DNA from: Vicugna vicugna
Taxonomy: Eukaryota
Length of the DNA: 64,000 nt
NCBI GenBank assembly: GCA_013265495.1
Contig: MU058221.1
Span: 558,001 to 622,000, forward strand
Direction: 5' to 3'
Part shown: positions 13,546 through 27,835 of the stretch, in pieces
How positions within the stretch are numbered: position 1 is the stretch's first letter
How the letters are laid out: each line of letters opens with the position of its first letter
Made by a program: the position numbers and the translations under genes
The notes under the pieces: model-generated
The model's database searches: none
Told to the model about the DNA's origin: nothing
The model's input: the letters and a program-made list of their open reading frames with translations, nothing else

Positions 13546-13767
13546 AACACACTGGCTCATCCTCCATTTGTAAGGTAATCACTACAAAAATGTTTAAACT
13601 GGGTGGCATGAACCATTTATCTGAACGTCAGTGGTAGGAGGAAACTGCTCTGATGAAGTGCTCTGTGTTGGTTCTGTACAAAGCGACAGAAAAGAATCAG
13701 ATCTATTGTTTGGAAAGTGTGATATGGGTTAGTAACAACGAATCCAATTTTATTTATGTGGCCATCA

Positions 13768-14127
13768 TAAGATCAGTGGTTCCCAGGACTTGGAGTGGGG
13801 AGGGGAGAGGGCACTGAAGATCCGCTGTGTCCCCCAGTGTTGTTCTGTGTCCTGTGGACACACGCTGTTATGTACTTGTTCAAACCCACAGAATGTACAC
13901 CACCAAGGGCGGATCCTTTTGTGAACCATGCGCTTTGAGTGATTATGGAAGGCCAACCTTCACTCCTCAGTTACAGGGAATAAACCACTCTGGTGAGCAG
14001 CACTGGTCGTGGGGCGGGGGACTATGCGTGTGTGAGGGCACAGGGATTACGGAAACTTTTTGTGCCCTCCTCTTAATTTTGCTGTGAACCTAATGCTGCT
14101 CTTAAAAAAAAAAGGCTTAAAAATAAA
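13768..14127 (+). mobile_element. Old LINE-1 3' UTR (L1MC1/2-like)
   Basis: aagatcagtggtt...caaacccacagaatgtacaccaccaag...ttttgctgtgaacctaatgctgctcttaaaa, then an A tail. Confidence 0.8.
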
Positions 14128-14959
14128 GTAATCTAGCTACTGGCCTTAAGTTGGGAAAGTATAGCCTATCGTATGGTTTGCCTAAACAAATGACTCTCAG
14201 GCGTACCGAGTGAGGAGGCAGGTTAGCCGTTGTTTTATTGTTATGAAGGCAAAAGTGCGGTGATGTTTGTTCTTAGCTCCCACTTTATGCATATTATCAA
14301 TAGCTTTTTTTTTCCCAACAATTTCAGTGCTTCTCCACCTAGTCGTTTAGAGATTACACAAAGGCTGTTCTGGAAGGAGTAGTAAGAGAAAATGGGACTT
14401 TCATTAGTAAGAAGCTATAGTCATTTTTTGAAAGACAATCTAATAAATAAGATTAAGAAAACACGTTCTGGACCTACCCTTCCTCCTGTTTCTGCAGCGA
14501 CTCAGCCTGGCCAACTTGCCTGACTTCTTCGAGCCTCAGTATTCTGAGCTGGAAAATGGGAATCGGGAACTTCAGTGTGCCCTTGTGGAGATTAGATTAA
14601 AAAATCTATCTCTGCTGTGTAAAAGATTATTATTATTATTATTATCATTATATAGTTGTTTTATCATTGTTTTGTAAAAATCATTCATCAGATATTGCTA
14701 ACCTTCCTTCTGTTTTCTGTCTATACTGGTCTTGGGCAAGTAACTTAAAATATCAAAGGTTGGGTTTTCTTATTTCAAATGTGGAGTATTTAAAAAAATG
14801 TGGGGAATAATAGGAGGTAACTGAGAAAAAGTACGTGAAGCGCCTGGCCCAGCGGTAACTGTTAGCTGTCCTTTCTTATCGTTTACAGTGTTACTCTTTA
14901 AATAACTAACAAGGGTTACACAGTAGCTCTTCTCTATTTGGTCTGGGAGGGGGCATCCT

Positions 14960-15435
14960 CCATGAACCTTGAGCTTCCTCGCAGGTTCTCACTGGGTAAA
15001 GAATGCAGCGCCGTAATCACTCTTTAGCAGGACCATTTCTCCGGGGTGTGTTTGCAGGGCAAGCTCTGTGAATCAGGTAACACCTCGTCCCCACTTTCTA
15101 ACTACACCTCCCTTCCCAATCGGTCCCTGTCCAGACAAAGAGTAGGTATGTCTCTGCTTTCTATAAAAATGACGTGTCTCCCAGACTCCGTGTTCCTGTC
15201 TTGGAGCATAACCAGTTTCATGAGCGAGCGTCCACGATAGATTCTTTGCATCTCCTCAGTGGGGCTTGGGGGGCACTGGGAACTGATGAAAACTAATACG
15301 AAGCTCTGGCTAATGATGTTGCTGTGAGTAGTAAGCCCTTTGTCTCTGAGCCAAGAACCTCATCACTTGAGCCAACATTCCTGAAACCACGGAGGCTAAC
15401 AAATCCATTGGTAAATAGGGTAAACTTTCAGATGC
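14960..15435 (+). mobile_element. ERV LTR remnant (MER21/MER68/MER77-like)
   Basis: TATA-like ctataaaa at ~15160 and a 3' segment gctgtgagtagtaagccctttgtctctgagccaagaacctc typical of this LTR group. Family uncertain. Confidence 0.55.
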
Positions 15436-15663
15436 TGGAAAAATAACTCCAAAAGATATGAAAGAGTTTCCCAAGGAACGTCAAAATGAAGAAATTATTT
15501 AAATAATTTATAATTGATACACTGAAAATATAGTAATTCTTTATTATATGAACACAATACTTAGGGCAACGGAAACTTGGCTATATGCGTTACATAGTCT
15601 GCTGTCTGTTGATGAACTTGTAAAGTTGAGTTCCCTGTACCATCAAGAGTAATACATGAGAAA

Positions 15664-15982
15664 AACAAAAACAAACAAACAAACAAAAACAAAGCATAAA
15701 TACAGGACAGAAATAGACTCACAGACAGAGAATACAGACTTGTGGTTACCAGGGGGGTGGAGGGTGGGAAGGGATAGACTGGGATTTCAAAATTGTAGAA
15801 TAGATAAACAAAATTACACTGTATAGCACAGGGAAATATACACAAAATGTTATGATAACTCACAGAGAAAAAAATGTGACAATGAGTGTATATGTCCATG
15901 AATGACTGAAAAATTGTGCTGAACACTGGAATTTGACACAACATTGTAAAATGATTATAAATCAATAAAAAATGTTAAAAAA
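15664..15982 (+). mobile_element. Young 5'-truncated LINE-1 3' UTR with TSD
   Basis: Highly similar to the reverse complement of 30900-31200. TSD aataca[t/c]gagaaa at 15651-15663 and 15983-15995, with one CpG transition. Confidence 0.92.
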
Positions 15983-16979
15983 AATACACGAGAAATTCTG
16001 TGCTCAAAAAGTTCAGAAATGCTAATATTTGACATTCTGTCCAAATTAAATGATGACCCTACCTAACTAGGAAAATGAACTTCTTGCTCAAACCCCTACC
16101 TGGCATTTTGATCTAAATCAAGAGGAAAGTTCCAGGGGTAGAGCTCAGAGTTGAATCTGACATCATGTCTGCCTTATTGTAAGACAAGATTGTACGAAGA
16201 AATATGATCTGAAAAACTGAACATTTTAGAGTTTGGTATATGGAAGTAAAGCTGAGAAAATGCATAAAAGAAATAGAAAGAAAGGTAAAGAATAATTTTG
16301 AGTTAATAGAGTTACTTAGATGCTTCCTCGTTTTAATGTTTCTTGTGAGTTATGTTTACCCATATTTGAAAGGCAGCATGTTCAAAAGCAATGCATTTAA
16401 TTTATCTTTTTTTTTGGTGATTGAATTTATGTTCAAAAGAAATGTGAATAAAGAATGTTTATTCTCGTGAATTCTGGTCAGCTGAAATCCTTCCCACTTT
16501 TATTCAAACATATAGAAATGATAGTTAAAGTATTTTTACACCATATAGATGGGTCTATGAAACAAAAAAAAAACAACAACAACAAAACAAAAAGTGTGAA
16601 CAAAAATAAATAAAGCCTGAAATACAGTCTATGAATTTCCTACATCAAAGGCTGCTGGAAGCAGTTGAGAGACTGACTCTATCAGAGTAAGAGGTACCGA
16701 GCCACCGTGCATGTTTCACTGGCAAGAGCCATGTTGCAATCTTTAAACACTCACAAAATTAAATGTGAAAAGGCTGTAATTTACTGCCTAGGGCTGCTCC
16801 AGGAAAGCGGAGGGAACAGAGATGCCCACCCAACTGGGACCAGGGTCCTGCAGGATGAAAGTCCCCAAACTCCAATGTAAGAAATTATCCTAAATGTAGT
16901 ATCTCATTTTGCAGTGCGGAAACCACTAGTTACAGATGTATAAACACGTTAAGCAAAAAAATAAATGCTGCACACACAT

Positions 16980-17830
16980 TCACACACTTAAAGATGAGCT
17001 GACATACCAAGATCTAAAGCACAAAGAGAAACTAAAACTTCAAAAATCACCAAATAACTCAACAAATGAGGAAATTAACTTGTGAGACATGCAGATAACG
17101 TAGCAATCTTTAGAAAAGGACTATGAAACCTCCTTATTTTATTTGAAGGGGTAAAGAAAAGAACAACATTCATAAATCACCACAGGAATTTCTGAAATAA
17201 AAACACAGGTGGATATGAATCAGGAATAAACTGAGATATAAAAGGACCACATAGATGATTCTAGAAATTAAAAATGCTATCAATAAAGGAAATATATGTG
17301 ATACACTTTGGAAGTTTCACAGAAGTAGAAAAAATTGTTGAACTGTAACACAGTAATGAGAAAATGGCCAAACCAGAACACGGGAAAAACTTAAAAGAAA
17401 TAGTACATAGTTTTAGATTGATCAACATATAAATAAGAGAAGTTTCAAAAGAAGAAAGGTAATGTTTAAATAAATAATAACTGACTTATTTTCTAAATCA
17501 ATGAAAGGCATGAATCATTAGATATAAAGCCAAAAAGTATTGATCAGGATAAATACAAATAAACACACACTTAAGCACATTGTGAAATTGTCAGATAACA
17601 AAGATTAAAAATAATTCTTAAAAACTGTAGGAAAGAAAAATCAGAATGTCTACACCGGAATCAAAATTACTGATATGTTTCTTTCAGTAATAGCCCAAAC
17701 TGCCAAAAGACCAAGGAACATTGTTTTCAAAGGTCTGAGAGAAAATCACAGCCAACCTTGAATTCTACACTCAGTTAAACTATCATTTAACAGTGAAATC
17801 AGATTTCAAATACAAAAATTATTTTTCATA
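16980..17830 (+). mobile_element. Ancient L1 ORF1 / HAL1-like remnant
   Basis: A-rich. 17716-17797 (gaacattgttttcaaaggtctgagagaaaat...ccaaccttgaattctacactcagttaaactatcattt) matches the L1 ORF1 C-terminal IFKVLKE..QPRILYPAKLSF motif at the DNA level. Confidence 0.6.
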
Positions 17831-18075
17831 AAGAAATGCTCCCAAACACAGTTACATGTGAATCCAGAAGGAGAACTATGATGTTCCAGCCAGGAGAACA
17901 TTAAAATGTTGAAAAAGGAATTTATGTTAAAAAATAACAGTAACACTGAATGTGGAAGGGGAAGCCTAGAGAGGCAAGTGTGAAGAAGACACTGTCTAGT
18001 TCAGGAGGAAGATGGATATTGTAAAGAAAAATCTTAGATTTTGATAGAAAAGTATACAATGCAGCAAGATATTGA

Positions 18076-19702
18076 CAAAGATTCAACACAATCTCTATCG
18101 AAGTGCCAAGTGCATTTTCACAGAACTAGAACAAATACTTTAAAGAATTTGTACTGAATTACGAAAGGCCCTAAATAGCCAGAATTATCGTGGGAAAGAA
18201 ATGGAGGAATCACAGCCCCTGACTCCTGACTATACTACAAAGCTGCAGTCATCGAAACAGACACATAGCTCTGTGGAGCAGAGCACACCCACACGCTCGT
18301 GACCAGTTAGCCTGTAACAGAGGAGGGGAGAATAATCAGTGGAGAAAAGACAATTTCTTCAATAAGTGATGCTGAGGAACCGGGACCACGACATGTGAAA
18401 GGATGAGCTCAGAACCTTCTCTAACACCATGTGCAAAAATAAACTCGAAATGGATTAAAGACCTAAGCATTCCTCCCAAAGCAAAGGAAATGCAAGGAAA
18501 AATAAACAAATGTGACCTAATTAAACTTAAAAGCTTTTGCACACAAAAGGAAACCATCAATAAAATGAAAACACAACCTACTGAATGGGAGAAATACTTG
18601 CAAATTCTTTGACTGATGAGGGGTTCATATCCAAAATATACAAGCAGTTTATACAGCTCAACATCAAAAAGAGAACAAACAACCCTATTTAAAAATAGGC
18701 TGAAAACAGGAATAGACACTTTCCAAAGAAGATACAACGGTGGCCAAGAGACACAGGAGAAGACGCTCACCATCGCTAATCATTAGAGAAACGCAGACTA
18801 AAGCCACAGTGAGACACCCCCTCGCACCTGTCAGACAGCTGTCGTCTGCTGCGCATGTTGGCAAGGAATGTGGAGAAGGGAATCTTTACAGCACTGGTGG
18901 GAATGTCGATCTGTGCAGCCACAACATGTGTGGGAAACACCATGGAGTTTCCTCAAAAATTAAGAAGTAGAACCACCGTAAGATTCAGCATTTCCACTTC
19001 TGGACAGATGACCAAAGGAAGTGAGATCGTTGTCTTGAAGAGATAACCATACTCCACATTCACTGCAGCGTTATTCACTGGAGCCAATACACAGAACAGC
19101 CCAAGTGTCCATCAACAGACGAGTCGACAAAGAAGATTTGTGTACGTGTATGCACGTGCACACATACGCATGTGTGTATATACGCAGTGGACTAGGATTT
19201 TTAGGAAATCTGCCTTTTGCAACAAAACTGGTGGAACTTGGGGCGTTGTGCTAAACAGTGTAAGCCAGACAAAGACATGCACTTCATGATCTCACTTTAA
19301 TGTGAAATCTGAAAAAGTAAAATTAAAAAAACGGAGACACAAGTTCACAGGAACGAGGAGCTGTTACGTGTGGCCAGGGGCTGTAGGACGGGAAACAAGA
19401 GCTCTGAGGTGAATAAATCTGAAGGTCTAACGTAGGACGTGGTTACTACAGCTGGTGACACTGTACTGTATAAAACTGAAGTTCACTGAGAGAGCAGAAC
19501 TTAACTGTTCTCACCATAAAAAAAAATTTAAAGGATAAATAATGTCAGGTGATGGATGTGGTAACTAGCTAGGTGACTGGGAATCCTTTTATAATGTATA
19601 CATATGTGAAATCACCATGATGTGCGCTTTAAATAGCTTCCAGTTTTACTTTTGATTATACCTCAGTAAAGCTGAAGTTTTCAAATTAATAAAATTAAAA
19701 AA
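18076..19702 (+). mobile_element. Degenerate LINE-1 ORF2 3' part + 3' UTR (L1MA9-like), internally deleted
   Basis: ORF 18403-18612 reads KINSKWIKDL...DLIKLKSFCTQKETINKMKTQPTEWEK. 3' end tatacctcagtaaagctg plus an A tail. Confidence 0.9.
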
Positions 19703-20267
19703 GGAACAGCAGCAGTCACGAGCTTCGTTACCACTGAAGGCCACGGCAGCGTGTACAACCCTGCTTACTGCCTGTAAAGTGTTTATTTTCCTGCTTATCA
19801 AAACAGAGAAAGAATATTTCAGAGAAAATGAAATGACACGGGGCTACTTGTTTGAAGAACGGTGGGAAGAAGTCAGCTCTTAATGATTGAATAAAGTAAA
19901 ATAAAATTTTGCCTAATAACTTGTATCATTAAAAATTAAGAGGAAAAACAAGAATGACCGTAAAGCTGTGTTAGTTCCTAAGCACAGTCCTGTTACAGAT
20001 GACGTCTTGCCTGAAAAACGTGAGAAATGTCAACAGTACAAAAGAGTTGGGTGGAGGTTTGGGGAGAATAGGTCTCTGATAATGTAAAGGAGAAAATGCA
20101 CAATGATGTTAATGATTGATTAAAAAAAAAGTTCCTGAAAATCTACTGAGATGAAATGTAAAAATAAAATTAAGTGAGGTTGTAGAAAACAAAATTGTGT
20201 TCTTTTGCATCACTGAGTTGTTGGCCTAAGACCCATACCCAGCACAGTCACGTTCTTTGAGACTCAC

Positions 20268-20300
20268 CTCTGCAGGTGCTTTGTGGGAACCCGTCCACAC
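20268..20300 (-). other. Candidate 33-nt exon
   Basis: Minus strand reads cacttcctccttgaccttag|GTGTGG...GCAGAG|gtgagt. Open in all three frames. Prediction only. Confidence 0.35.
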
Positions 20301-21229
20301 CTAAGGTCAAGGAGGAAGTGCTGGTTCTCAGCAACGGGGACGGAGCCAGCACCGTGGGCTAAGGCACTGTCGGGGTATTTTGAGTATTTAGGTGCAGAAG
20401 CAGTCTTTTCTGATGGATGCCTAAGAATGTCTTACTCCAAAACCAGTACAGTTTTAATTAAGCAAATTTCACTCATTCTGATCCCACGCTCCCCAAGCAA
20501 CCATCAACCTATGAAGCTCAGTCAAACGGACTGCAAACATTTATGACTTATTTCTAGAACTGAATTATTACTCTCAGTCCTGACTTTTTTTTTTTTTGGT
20601 TTCCATGCAGGTTTGAATATAGTGACAGAACCTGTTGTTTGTGAATATGTAAATATGCCGATGTACCTGCCAGTGTAAATGTTTTTCACTGTAAGTTTGG
20701 CGATTTAGCAAATCTCTTGCTTATGTTCGTATTTTGGAGACTTTATTTAGCAGGACTCAGTCCTCTGGCTCAGCCCTCCTTGCTCAGGAACACTGATAAA
20801 GTGAGCATCTGGGACCCTGAAACGATGTTTCCAGGTTGAGATGCTGTCTCGTGCGACCCAGGAGGGCTCGGATCCGTCTTCCTTAAACCGCGATGCCCCC
20901 AGTTCCTGACTTGCTCTGCTAATCTGTACAATCCCTGTTTTACGAAGGAAAAACCCACGGTGCTGCATTTAAGCATATGCGGTTGGTAACAGAGCTAGAA
21001 GAAGAAGAAGTAACATTTTGTGGAATATTTGCTACATTGCACGGACTGTGCCCAATATCTTATGCTGATTGATCTGTTTAATCCTTACTGTTCCCTACGG
21101 AGGCTCAGAGGGTTATGTCGTCAGGCCCCTGGAGGACAGAGGGACCTGCTCCTACACAGCTGGCGTCCAGGGTCTCCCCAGGTGCCCATGAACGAGGTTA
21201 GTATTAATGTGCGGTCCCTTTGCTATCTG

Positions 21230-21426
21230 TATCACAACCAACTTCAGTGCTGATTAGACATGCAGATCCCTGACACTTCGCTGGACATCACACATACACA
21301 CACACACACAACAACAACAACAGCAAAACTGTGAAGTCTGAATCTCCAGGCTGAGACCCTGGAATCCGCATGACCAAAAAAGTAACCCAGGTGGTCTTCA
21401 TACACACTGAAGTCTGACACCCACTG
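21230..21426. mobile_element. MER5-like hAT-Charlie DNA transposon relic with internal (CA)n/(CAA)n
   Basis: atgcagatccctg...tgaatctccagg...ccctggaatccgcat...ccaggtggtctt...aagtctgacacccactg matches the MER5A layout. Confidence 0.7.
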
Positions 21427-22048
21427 CTACAGTCAGCCATCCCCTCAGAGAAAGGACCAGTGTAGGGAGTCGTTGCTCCAATCCTGTTACACTTTCCTTA
21501 GTTTCATCTTCTTTTCCCCTCCTTTCTTCTTACCATCAGGCAGTAAGTTTCCCTTAGGCAGTCCTGAATTATAGTCCCTTTGTGGTTATGACTCATCCCA
21601 AACACTTTGAAACAAAACTGCAGCAGAATCAATAAATCAATGTAATTAAATTACTATCATCAAGAATATTACTCAACTGTATGGGAACTGTAACTACTTG
21701 CTCTAACGTGTGTTTCTTTCCGTTTCCTATCTTGCAAGTAGGTATAATTCTCAAGTGAACAGTTTCAGAAAATATCTTGATAGAATCTCAAGATGTACTT
21801 GAGCAACCGGTACACAGTAGTGACGCCTGTGCCTGAAGGCCCTCTGGGAGCCAATCACAGGGCCATGAAAAGTGCTTAAATCTGAGAAAGAAAACACAAA
21901 ACAAAACAAAAAAAAAGAAGCTGGTGAGGAGTCTGCAAAAAATAATTTGAGATCCATAAAGTTTCTCTCAATTTATAAAATCAATATGTATTTAACCTAC
22001 TCAGGCTAAAACAGAACTACTCTGTTTCGAGTCATGAAGAGGACAGGA

Positions 22049-22465
22049 TAAGCCAGAAAGAGAAAGAAAAATACCATGTGCTGTCACTCATGTGTGCAAT
22101 CTAAAAAAAATGAAGAAAGACAAATGAACTTATGTATAAAACAGAAACAGAAGCAGACTCCCAGACATAGAATACAGACTTGTGGTTGCTGGGGGGAGGG
22201 AGGTGAGAAGGGACAGACTGGGAGTTTGAGATTTGTTGATGCTGACAGATGTATATAGAACAGATAAACAGGTTTACACTGCACAGCACAGGGAAGTATA
22301 TTCAATATCTTATAGTAGCTCACAATGAAGAAGAACATGAAAATGAATATATATATATGTTCATGGATGACTGAAGCATTGAGCTGTGCACCAGACATTG
22401 ACACAGCATTGTAAACTGGCTACATCTCAATAAAAAAAAATTAGAGAAAAAAATTAGAAAAAGAA
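22049..22465 (+). mobile_element. 5'-truncated LINE-1 3' end
   Basis: taagccagaaagagaaagaaaaataccat...gggacagactgggagtttgagattt...catctcaataaaaaaaa; same 3' UTR as the 11.0 and 44.5 kb copies. Confidence 0.92.
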
Positions 22466-24389
22466 AGCAGCAGAAGAGCATTTGAAGTGTCCCTATTTTT
22501 CTCAACTTTCAGACTTTTAAACTTGAATTACTTAAGCGGTTAATACAGAGCAGATCGTCTGCGTGTATCTCGTGCATTGATTTTCCTTCACCAGCTAGCC
22601 CTGAATTTAATTTTGCCTTCCACAGCACCCCCCTTAGGGGTCCCATAACTGTATCCATTTTTCATGTGTCTCGGCATCTCAGATGGAGAGCGCTGTGAAC
22701 AATTATATAATGTAGATTTCAAACTTCTATAAAACTGCTTCAAAATGCCATTTTCAGATGGTTTCTATTGTACCTTAAAACTAAGTTGTTACAGTTTAAA
22801 AGTGTATAAGGGCAGCGTGACAGTTCTGTACGGTATGGAGAGAGCTAAATGGACGATGATCATAGCTTCTTTCGGGCAGAAAACTGTACAATAGATGGCT
22901 CTTCTTTACACGTTACTGAAGGTAGACTGAAAAATACAGCCTAAGTGATGTGGCTTTTTTTTTTGGTTTCTGAGCCTCATTTAAAGTGATAAATTGACAA
23001 AAGCCTCAGACAGTACCTGAGATGGAGAAAGACTGGGACATCGTGCCCACAGGTGGAAAGCATGACCCTGAGTCACGCTGTGAATGAGCCGGCGGGGCAG
23101 CCAAAGCACAGGAGACCCCTTTGCCCTCATTCAGCAGCAATTTCTCAGCCTTAAAGGTTTTCTGGGAAAAGCAAAGGGTTCGTAATTGTACGGTCTTTTC
23201 CATCACAAGGATGCTGATATTTCACATCCCAAGGGTTATAATAAATGGTAGCTTGGGGGAGAACATGGCCGGTTTGGTACGCAGACCTGCGAATGGGAGC
23301 GTCGAGCGTGCTTACGCTCTTGACCTTGGTGGCTGGTCTGTGATGTGCGAGGAGGGAACGGGTAACTGGAACAACCTGTAACTTAACCCTGTTAATTAAG
23401 GGACAGCAGACGGCGGAGGGTATCACTTATTCGTAGAAGGAATTGCCCTAAATAAGAGGAGCTGGGAGGCCTCACTTTACTGCCCCATCATTGTGTAGCT
23501 CGAGGGACACGGAGCAAAAGAGAGGAGCGTATTTTGGATTGTGCGGGAAACTCGCAGATTTTAAGAGTAATAGAATAAGTAAGGCTGCTCTGGCCATTCT
23601 TTTACCGTCTTGGTTGTCTCCATAGCCATTATGTGGGCTCTGTTCTCTGTCTCAGGAAGCTTCCATTTTTTCCATTTCTCAAATTTACCCGTATCCATCA
23701 TGGTGGCAGTAGAGGGAAGTTCTTCATGGGAACCCCCTGAATACTGTCCCCTGTGAATCCCTTTGTCCTTGAAAATGCAGGCATTATCCCCTTTTAATAC
23801 TTTGTTCTGAGAATAGCCATCTACTGATTCACACCTCAGGGGAGCAGTTTAAAGACATTTAAACAATAACAAAAATTAACTTACCGCAAGCAAGGTAACA
23901 AAAAGAATATAGGAACGGTGTGTTCAGGCTAACAAACGCCCCCCTCTCTGAAGCCGTGCGCCCACCCCAGCGAAGTGCCGATCCCTGGGCCGTGGCAGGT
24001 GTCTCTCAGCCGCAGCTTCAGAGGAGCCGGTCCCTGCCCCCCTGGAAACCCACGTTCAGCGAGGGAGACCCAGAGACAGAGGACAGTGCCTCGCGAGCCT
24101 GCTTTGGAACTACCTCATGCATTTCCATTTCCTTTTCCTGTTTCTGGATGATTCTTTATCCTTGAATAATTGGCAAGAGGATCCAAAATAATCAGCGTAA
24201 CAAGGGGGAGCCAGGGTCCGCACCCCAGGAGGGTGAGGTAGCCTCTTGCCTCCATAAGACAAACTTACCAGAAGGCAGTGTAACACTTTCAAGCCAAGAG
24301 TGTATAAGTAACAGGAGGGTTCGTGGGGGTTATCTCTGTGGATCAAACATTCTCCTTCTCTGAACGATGGAATTTCTCTTTAATACTTC

Positions 24390-24885
24390 TTTAGGGACCA
24401 CAGGTGTGATTGGAATCAATGAGTAGCCAGAAGACAGGGCATGATCCCCGCTGCTTTGCATCTCCACTAACTGAGAAACCAGCCTCTCCTGTCCAGTAAA
24501 CGCCATGTGAAAATGAAGACTCAGTGTGAAAGACCCTGAATGGCTGAGAATTTCCCCCAGAGCCTCACATGCCTTTGTCTTGGCAACTGTTTCCCCCACT
24601 GCCCCTTTTACATGACTCCTAACTCCTGCTCCTCTTAGCAAAACCCTATTTGCACAAACAATGGCTGGTGACCTGCACAAGCAATTCCTTCCTTTCCAAG
24701 AGCCACCCATGACCAACTATTCCCAAACCAGCCAGACTGCCACGCACCCCACCTGCTGACCCTCCTTAAACCGTTAGACCCGCCTGTCTGACGTTAGAAA
24801 GTTCCTTGGCAGCCTTCTCATGCTCGGTATTCTCAAATAAAGGTTTATGCCAACGATGCTTGGCTAATTTTCTTCCACCAAGTGA
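24390..24885 (+). mobile_element. Possible solo LTR remnant
   Basis: LTR-like layout with a polyA signal aataaa at ~24836 followed by a short U5-like segment. Family not recognised. Confidence 0.3.
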
Positions 24886-25959
24886 ATAAAATATAAGCCT
24901 AATATTCTGCCCTCTTGGACTCAGCCACGATGCCATCGCAGACTTTCAGTGTCGTAGTCTGCATTCTTCTGGGGTAACTCTGTGATTTCCCTTCTCTTCC
25001 AATGTGTACTTAGCCTCTTTGCAAAGATGCATCTTCGTTTGCTTTCCCAATAACCTTGTACAGTCTACTTCTGGGACCCCCACAGCAATTCCGAGAAAGA
25101 CGGAAAGGTGGGGTTCAGCCCATGTATGAAAAGGAAGTGGAACAATGATGCATTATTGACAGATGGGTGGTGGCTGCCCAATTTTGAAGGCAGGGACTCA
25201 TTTTTTTTTCCTGTGTGCAGATCCTCAGCAAATACCAAAAGCCATATTTCAAAATTCCCACTGTGTGGGCCTCCTTCCTCCCACGACCACCCCACTGACT
25301 TTGTCCCAGCTGAAACCACCACTCGTTTCAACTGCAACCATCGCCTTCTCAGTGGCAGCCCTGCTTCCGCTCTGGCACCTGGCAATCTGTTCATTCCACA
25401 GCAGCCAGATTCTTCATCTTAAAAACACGCAGCAGAACGTGGCGCCCCTCTGCTTACACCGCGAGCCTTCACCCCGCGGGACCCTCGGTGTTGCTGGGAA
25501 CACGGAGCCCTCACCTCTCCTGCAGGCACTTCTGACCCCAGCTGCTTGTCTTACTGAGTTAGGTCACTTTTTTGAAGTATCACTATTTCAATTTATTTTA
25601 CTCATTTTTGCTTGTTTCACAGCTACCTTCCTCACACTGGAAAGAGCCAAACCTAGTCTTGTCCACGGCGGTAACGCCGCTGCCTGCAAAGACTTGACAT
25701 TTAGTCCGTACTCAGCTCAGTTTCCATTTATTTTTAATTTTTTATGTCTAATCTTTCCTTTTGCAATCAGAACCAACCCAATTTCTCTTCTCTGAGTCCC
25801 TTAGGCTGAACCCGCAGCTTTTTATGTGCTCTCGATGTCATTTTTCTTTCTGTTAATGGAGTTTTCTTCCTGTATTTTTGGTAACCAAGCTTTTTATTTT
25901 GTGATAATTGAAGATTGCTGTTTATTTTGTTTGATGATAATTATCATCGGTGTTATCAC

Positions 25960-26180
25960 TATTATTAACCACTTACATAGAGCTGACACTATTTCAGGAA
26001 TTATTCTAAGAAATTTATAAACATTAGTTCATTTACTAACATAAGTTGTAATTCCGTGGAGGATGATGTTATCCTTATCTTACATACAGAGAAAGGCTAA
26101 GTAGATAAGTAGCAATCTTGATCACACAGGTAGTAATGGAAGAGCCAGGACTGAAACCCAAATCGGGTACCCTGCCTCTT
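25960..26180. mobile_element. MIR SINE remnant
   Basis: Core-like tatcttacatacagagaaaggctaag...ttgatcacacaggtagtaatggaagagccaggactgaaaccca. Similar MIR relics at ~9050-9200, 14500-14860, 39830-40020 and 44900-45120. Confidence 0.65.
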
Positions 26181-27835
26181 AAACGAATAAATAGCTCAAA
26201 ACCCAAAGATGACATACATTTAAATATTTTCTCATATATTCATTTTTTTCCAATCATGTTCTTCTGAGAATGTCCGGCTCCTAAAGAAAGGACCTCTGTT
26301 CCTTCAGGGGGAGAAAAACACGGCCTAGAATAAAAGAACATTTTTGAATCTCAAATCGAACATTGCTGGGATCCCAGTAATTCCAACAATTTTAAATCTA
26401 GGTCCCGTTGAGAAAAATACTTTTCTAAATTCTCCAAACCTGCTTTTACTTAGATCAGATATGAAAGGCATGCTCAATGAGCAACGGTTAAAAAAAAAAG
26501 GGGGGTGAGGATTGTTACCTAAGAACATTCCTTTCTGAAAGTAAAGCCCCCAGAAGACTTTATTGCAGTGGATGTAGGCAGAGGAAAAAAGATGGAAATC
26601 TTCACATTTGGATCCAGGTCTGTTGCCCTTAGAATGCCCTGTATCTACACGGCGTTCTGAGGCACAGAGAGGGTAAGGGCTGCGGAAGGTGTCCAGCCCC
26701 CTACAGTCTTAAGTACCGACGTGTTGCAGAAAAATAATACGAGATGAGACTTCCTGGACTTCTGGGGTGTGGGATACTGGAAGAGAACTGGCGAATCAGA
26801 AAGGCCTGGGTCAGGATTCAGGGGCCTCTTGAGCAGGGCCTCTGGCATGTGACGAGCCGCCCACAGGAAACAGGCCGGGCCGGCCAGCCATCAGCAGACA
26901 CAGATCCTGGCACGAAGAGAAGAGGCCAGGGCAGACCTGGACCCTGTGGAGACTGACAGAGGTCCGAGGGACAGCAGGTGTGCAAACGTGTCTCTGGGCA
27001 AACACATTCATGCAAATTCCCTCTTATGTTTGCATTCAAGGAGGGCAAAGGGTAAGCTTTCCAGGAAGAAGAATGCTCCAGTTTGATTGTTTTCATTCCA
27101 ACGCTCTGTTATTAATAAGAGTTGGAATTAATCTGAAAGGCCCCACTTCAACTTGGGAGACCTTGGGAGAAAAACAGAAACTCAAGAGAATTAAAATTCT
27201 TTTTCTTCTAAGAAATAAAGAGAATTTTTTTTTGTTCACCCACAATGTACCATATGCACATTTGCAAGTCTGCTACCCAAGAGAACTAAGAGTAAGAATT
27301 CACTGAGGAGATGTGAGTTAAAAAAAGAGGTGAAGTAAAGGCCCTTGTGTAAAGAAACAAACAGAGCCGTTAGACACAATGCAAAATATTAAAGCAATTC
27401 AGAAAGATCAACATGAAGGTAACAGTCATGCATGTAGAACCTGTTGAGATATATCGATCATGTGATTAGATTTTATTACCATGAGGAATAACATATTTGA
27501 AAATGAAATAGGCATTTTCACCATAGGGAAGGCTTAGCAAAACTTGACCCCGAGGTTGGAGAAAGCATTGGTCTGTCACAGCCTTTTCCCTGTTTAATAA
27601 CGTGGTGAAATGAACGCCTTCAGAAGTTGTACCTTTGGCTGGCAATGGTGTCATTACAACGAAATCTCTCTTTCAGATGGTCTCCAAAGGGGACAGACCA
27701 GAGGAAGGTATTGACAGTGCTCTTGTGGTGGGTCAGTGGAAACGAGAGGCTGGACGTAGCTTATTCTTCTTCAGAGAGCGTTCCGTGATGGGAAAATTGG
27801 CACTTTCCTAACTACTCTCCTGGAATCCGCTACCG

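Noticed and set aside
25163..25795. 210-aa plus-strand ORF
   Set aside because: No recognisable domain or exon boundaries; it overlaps L2-like degenerate sequence.
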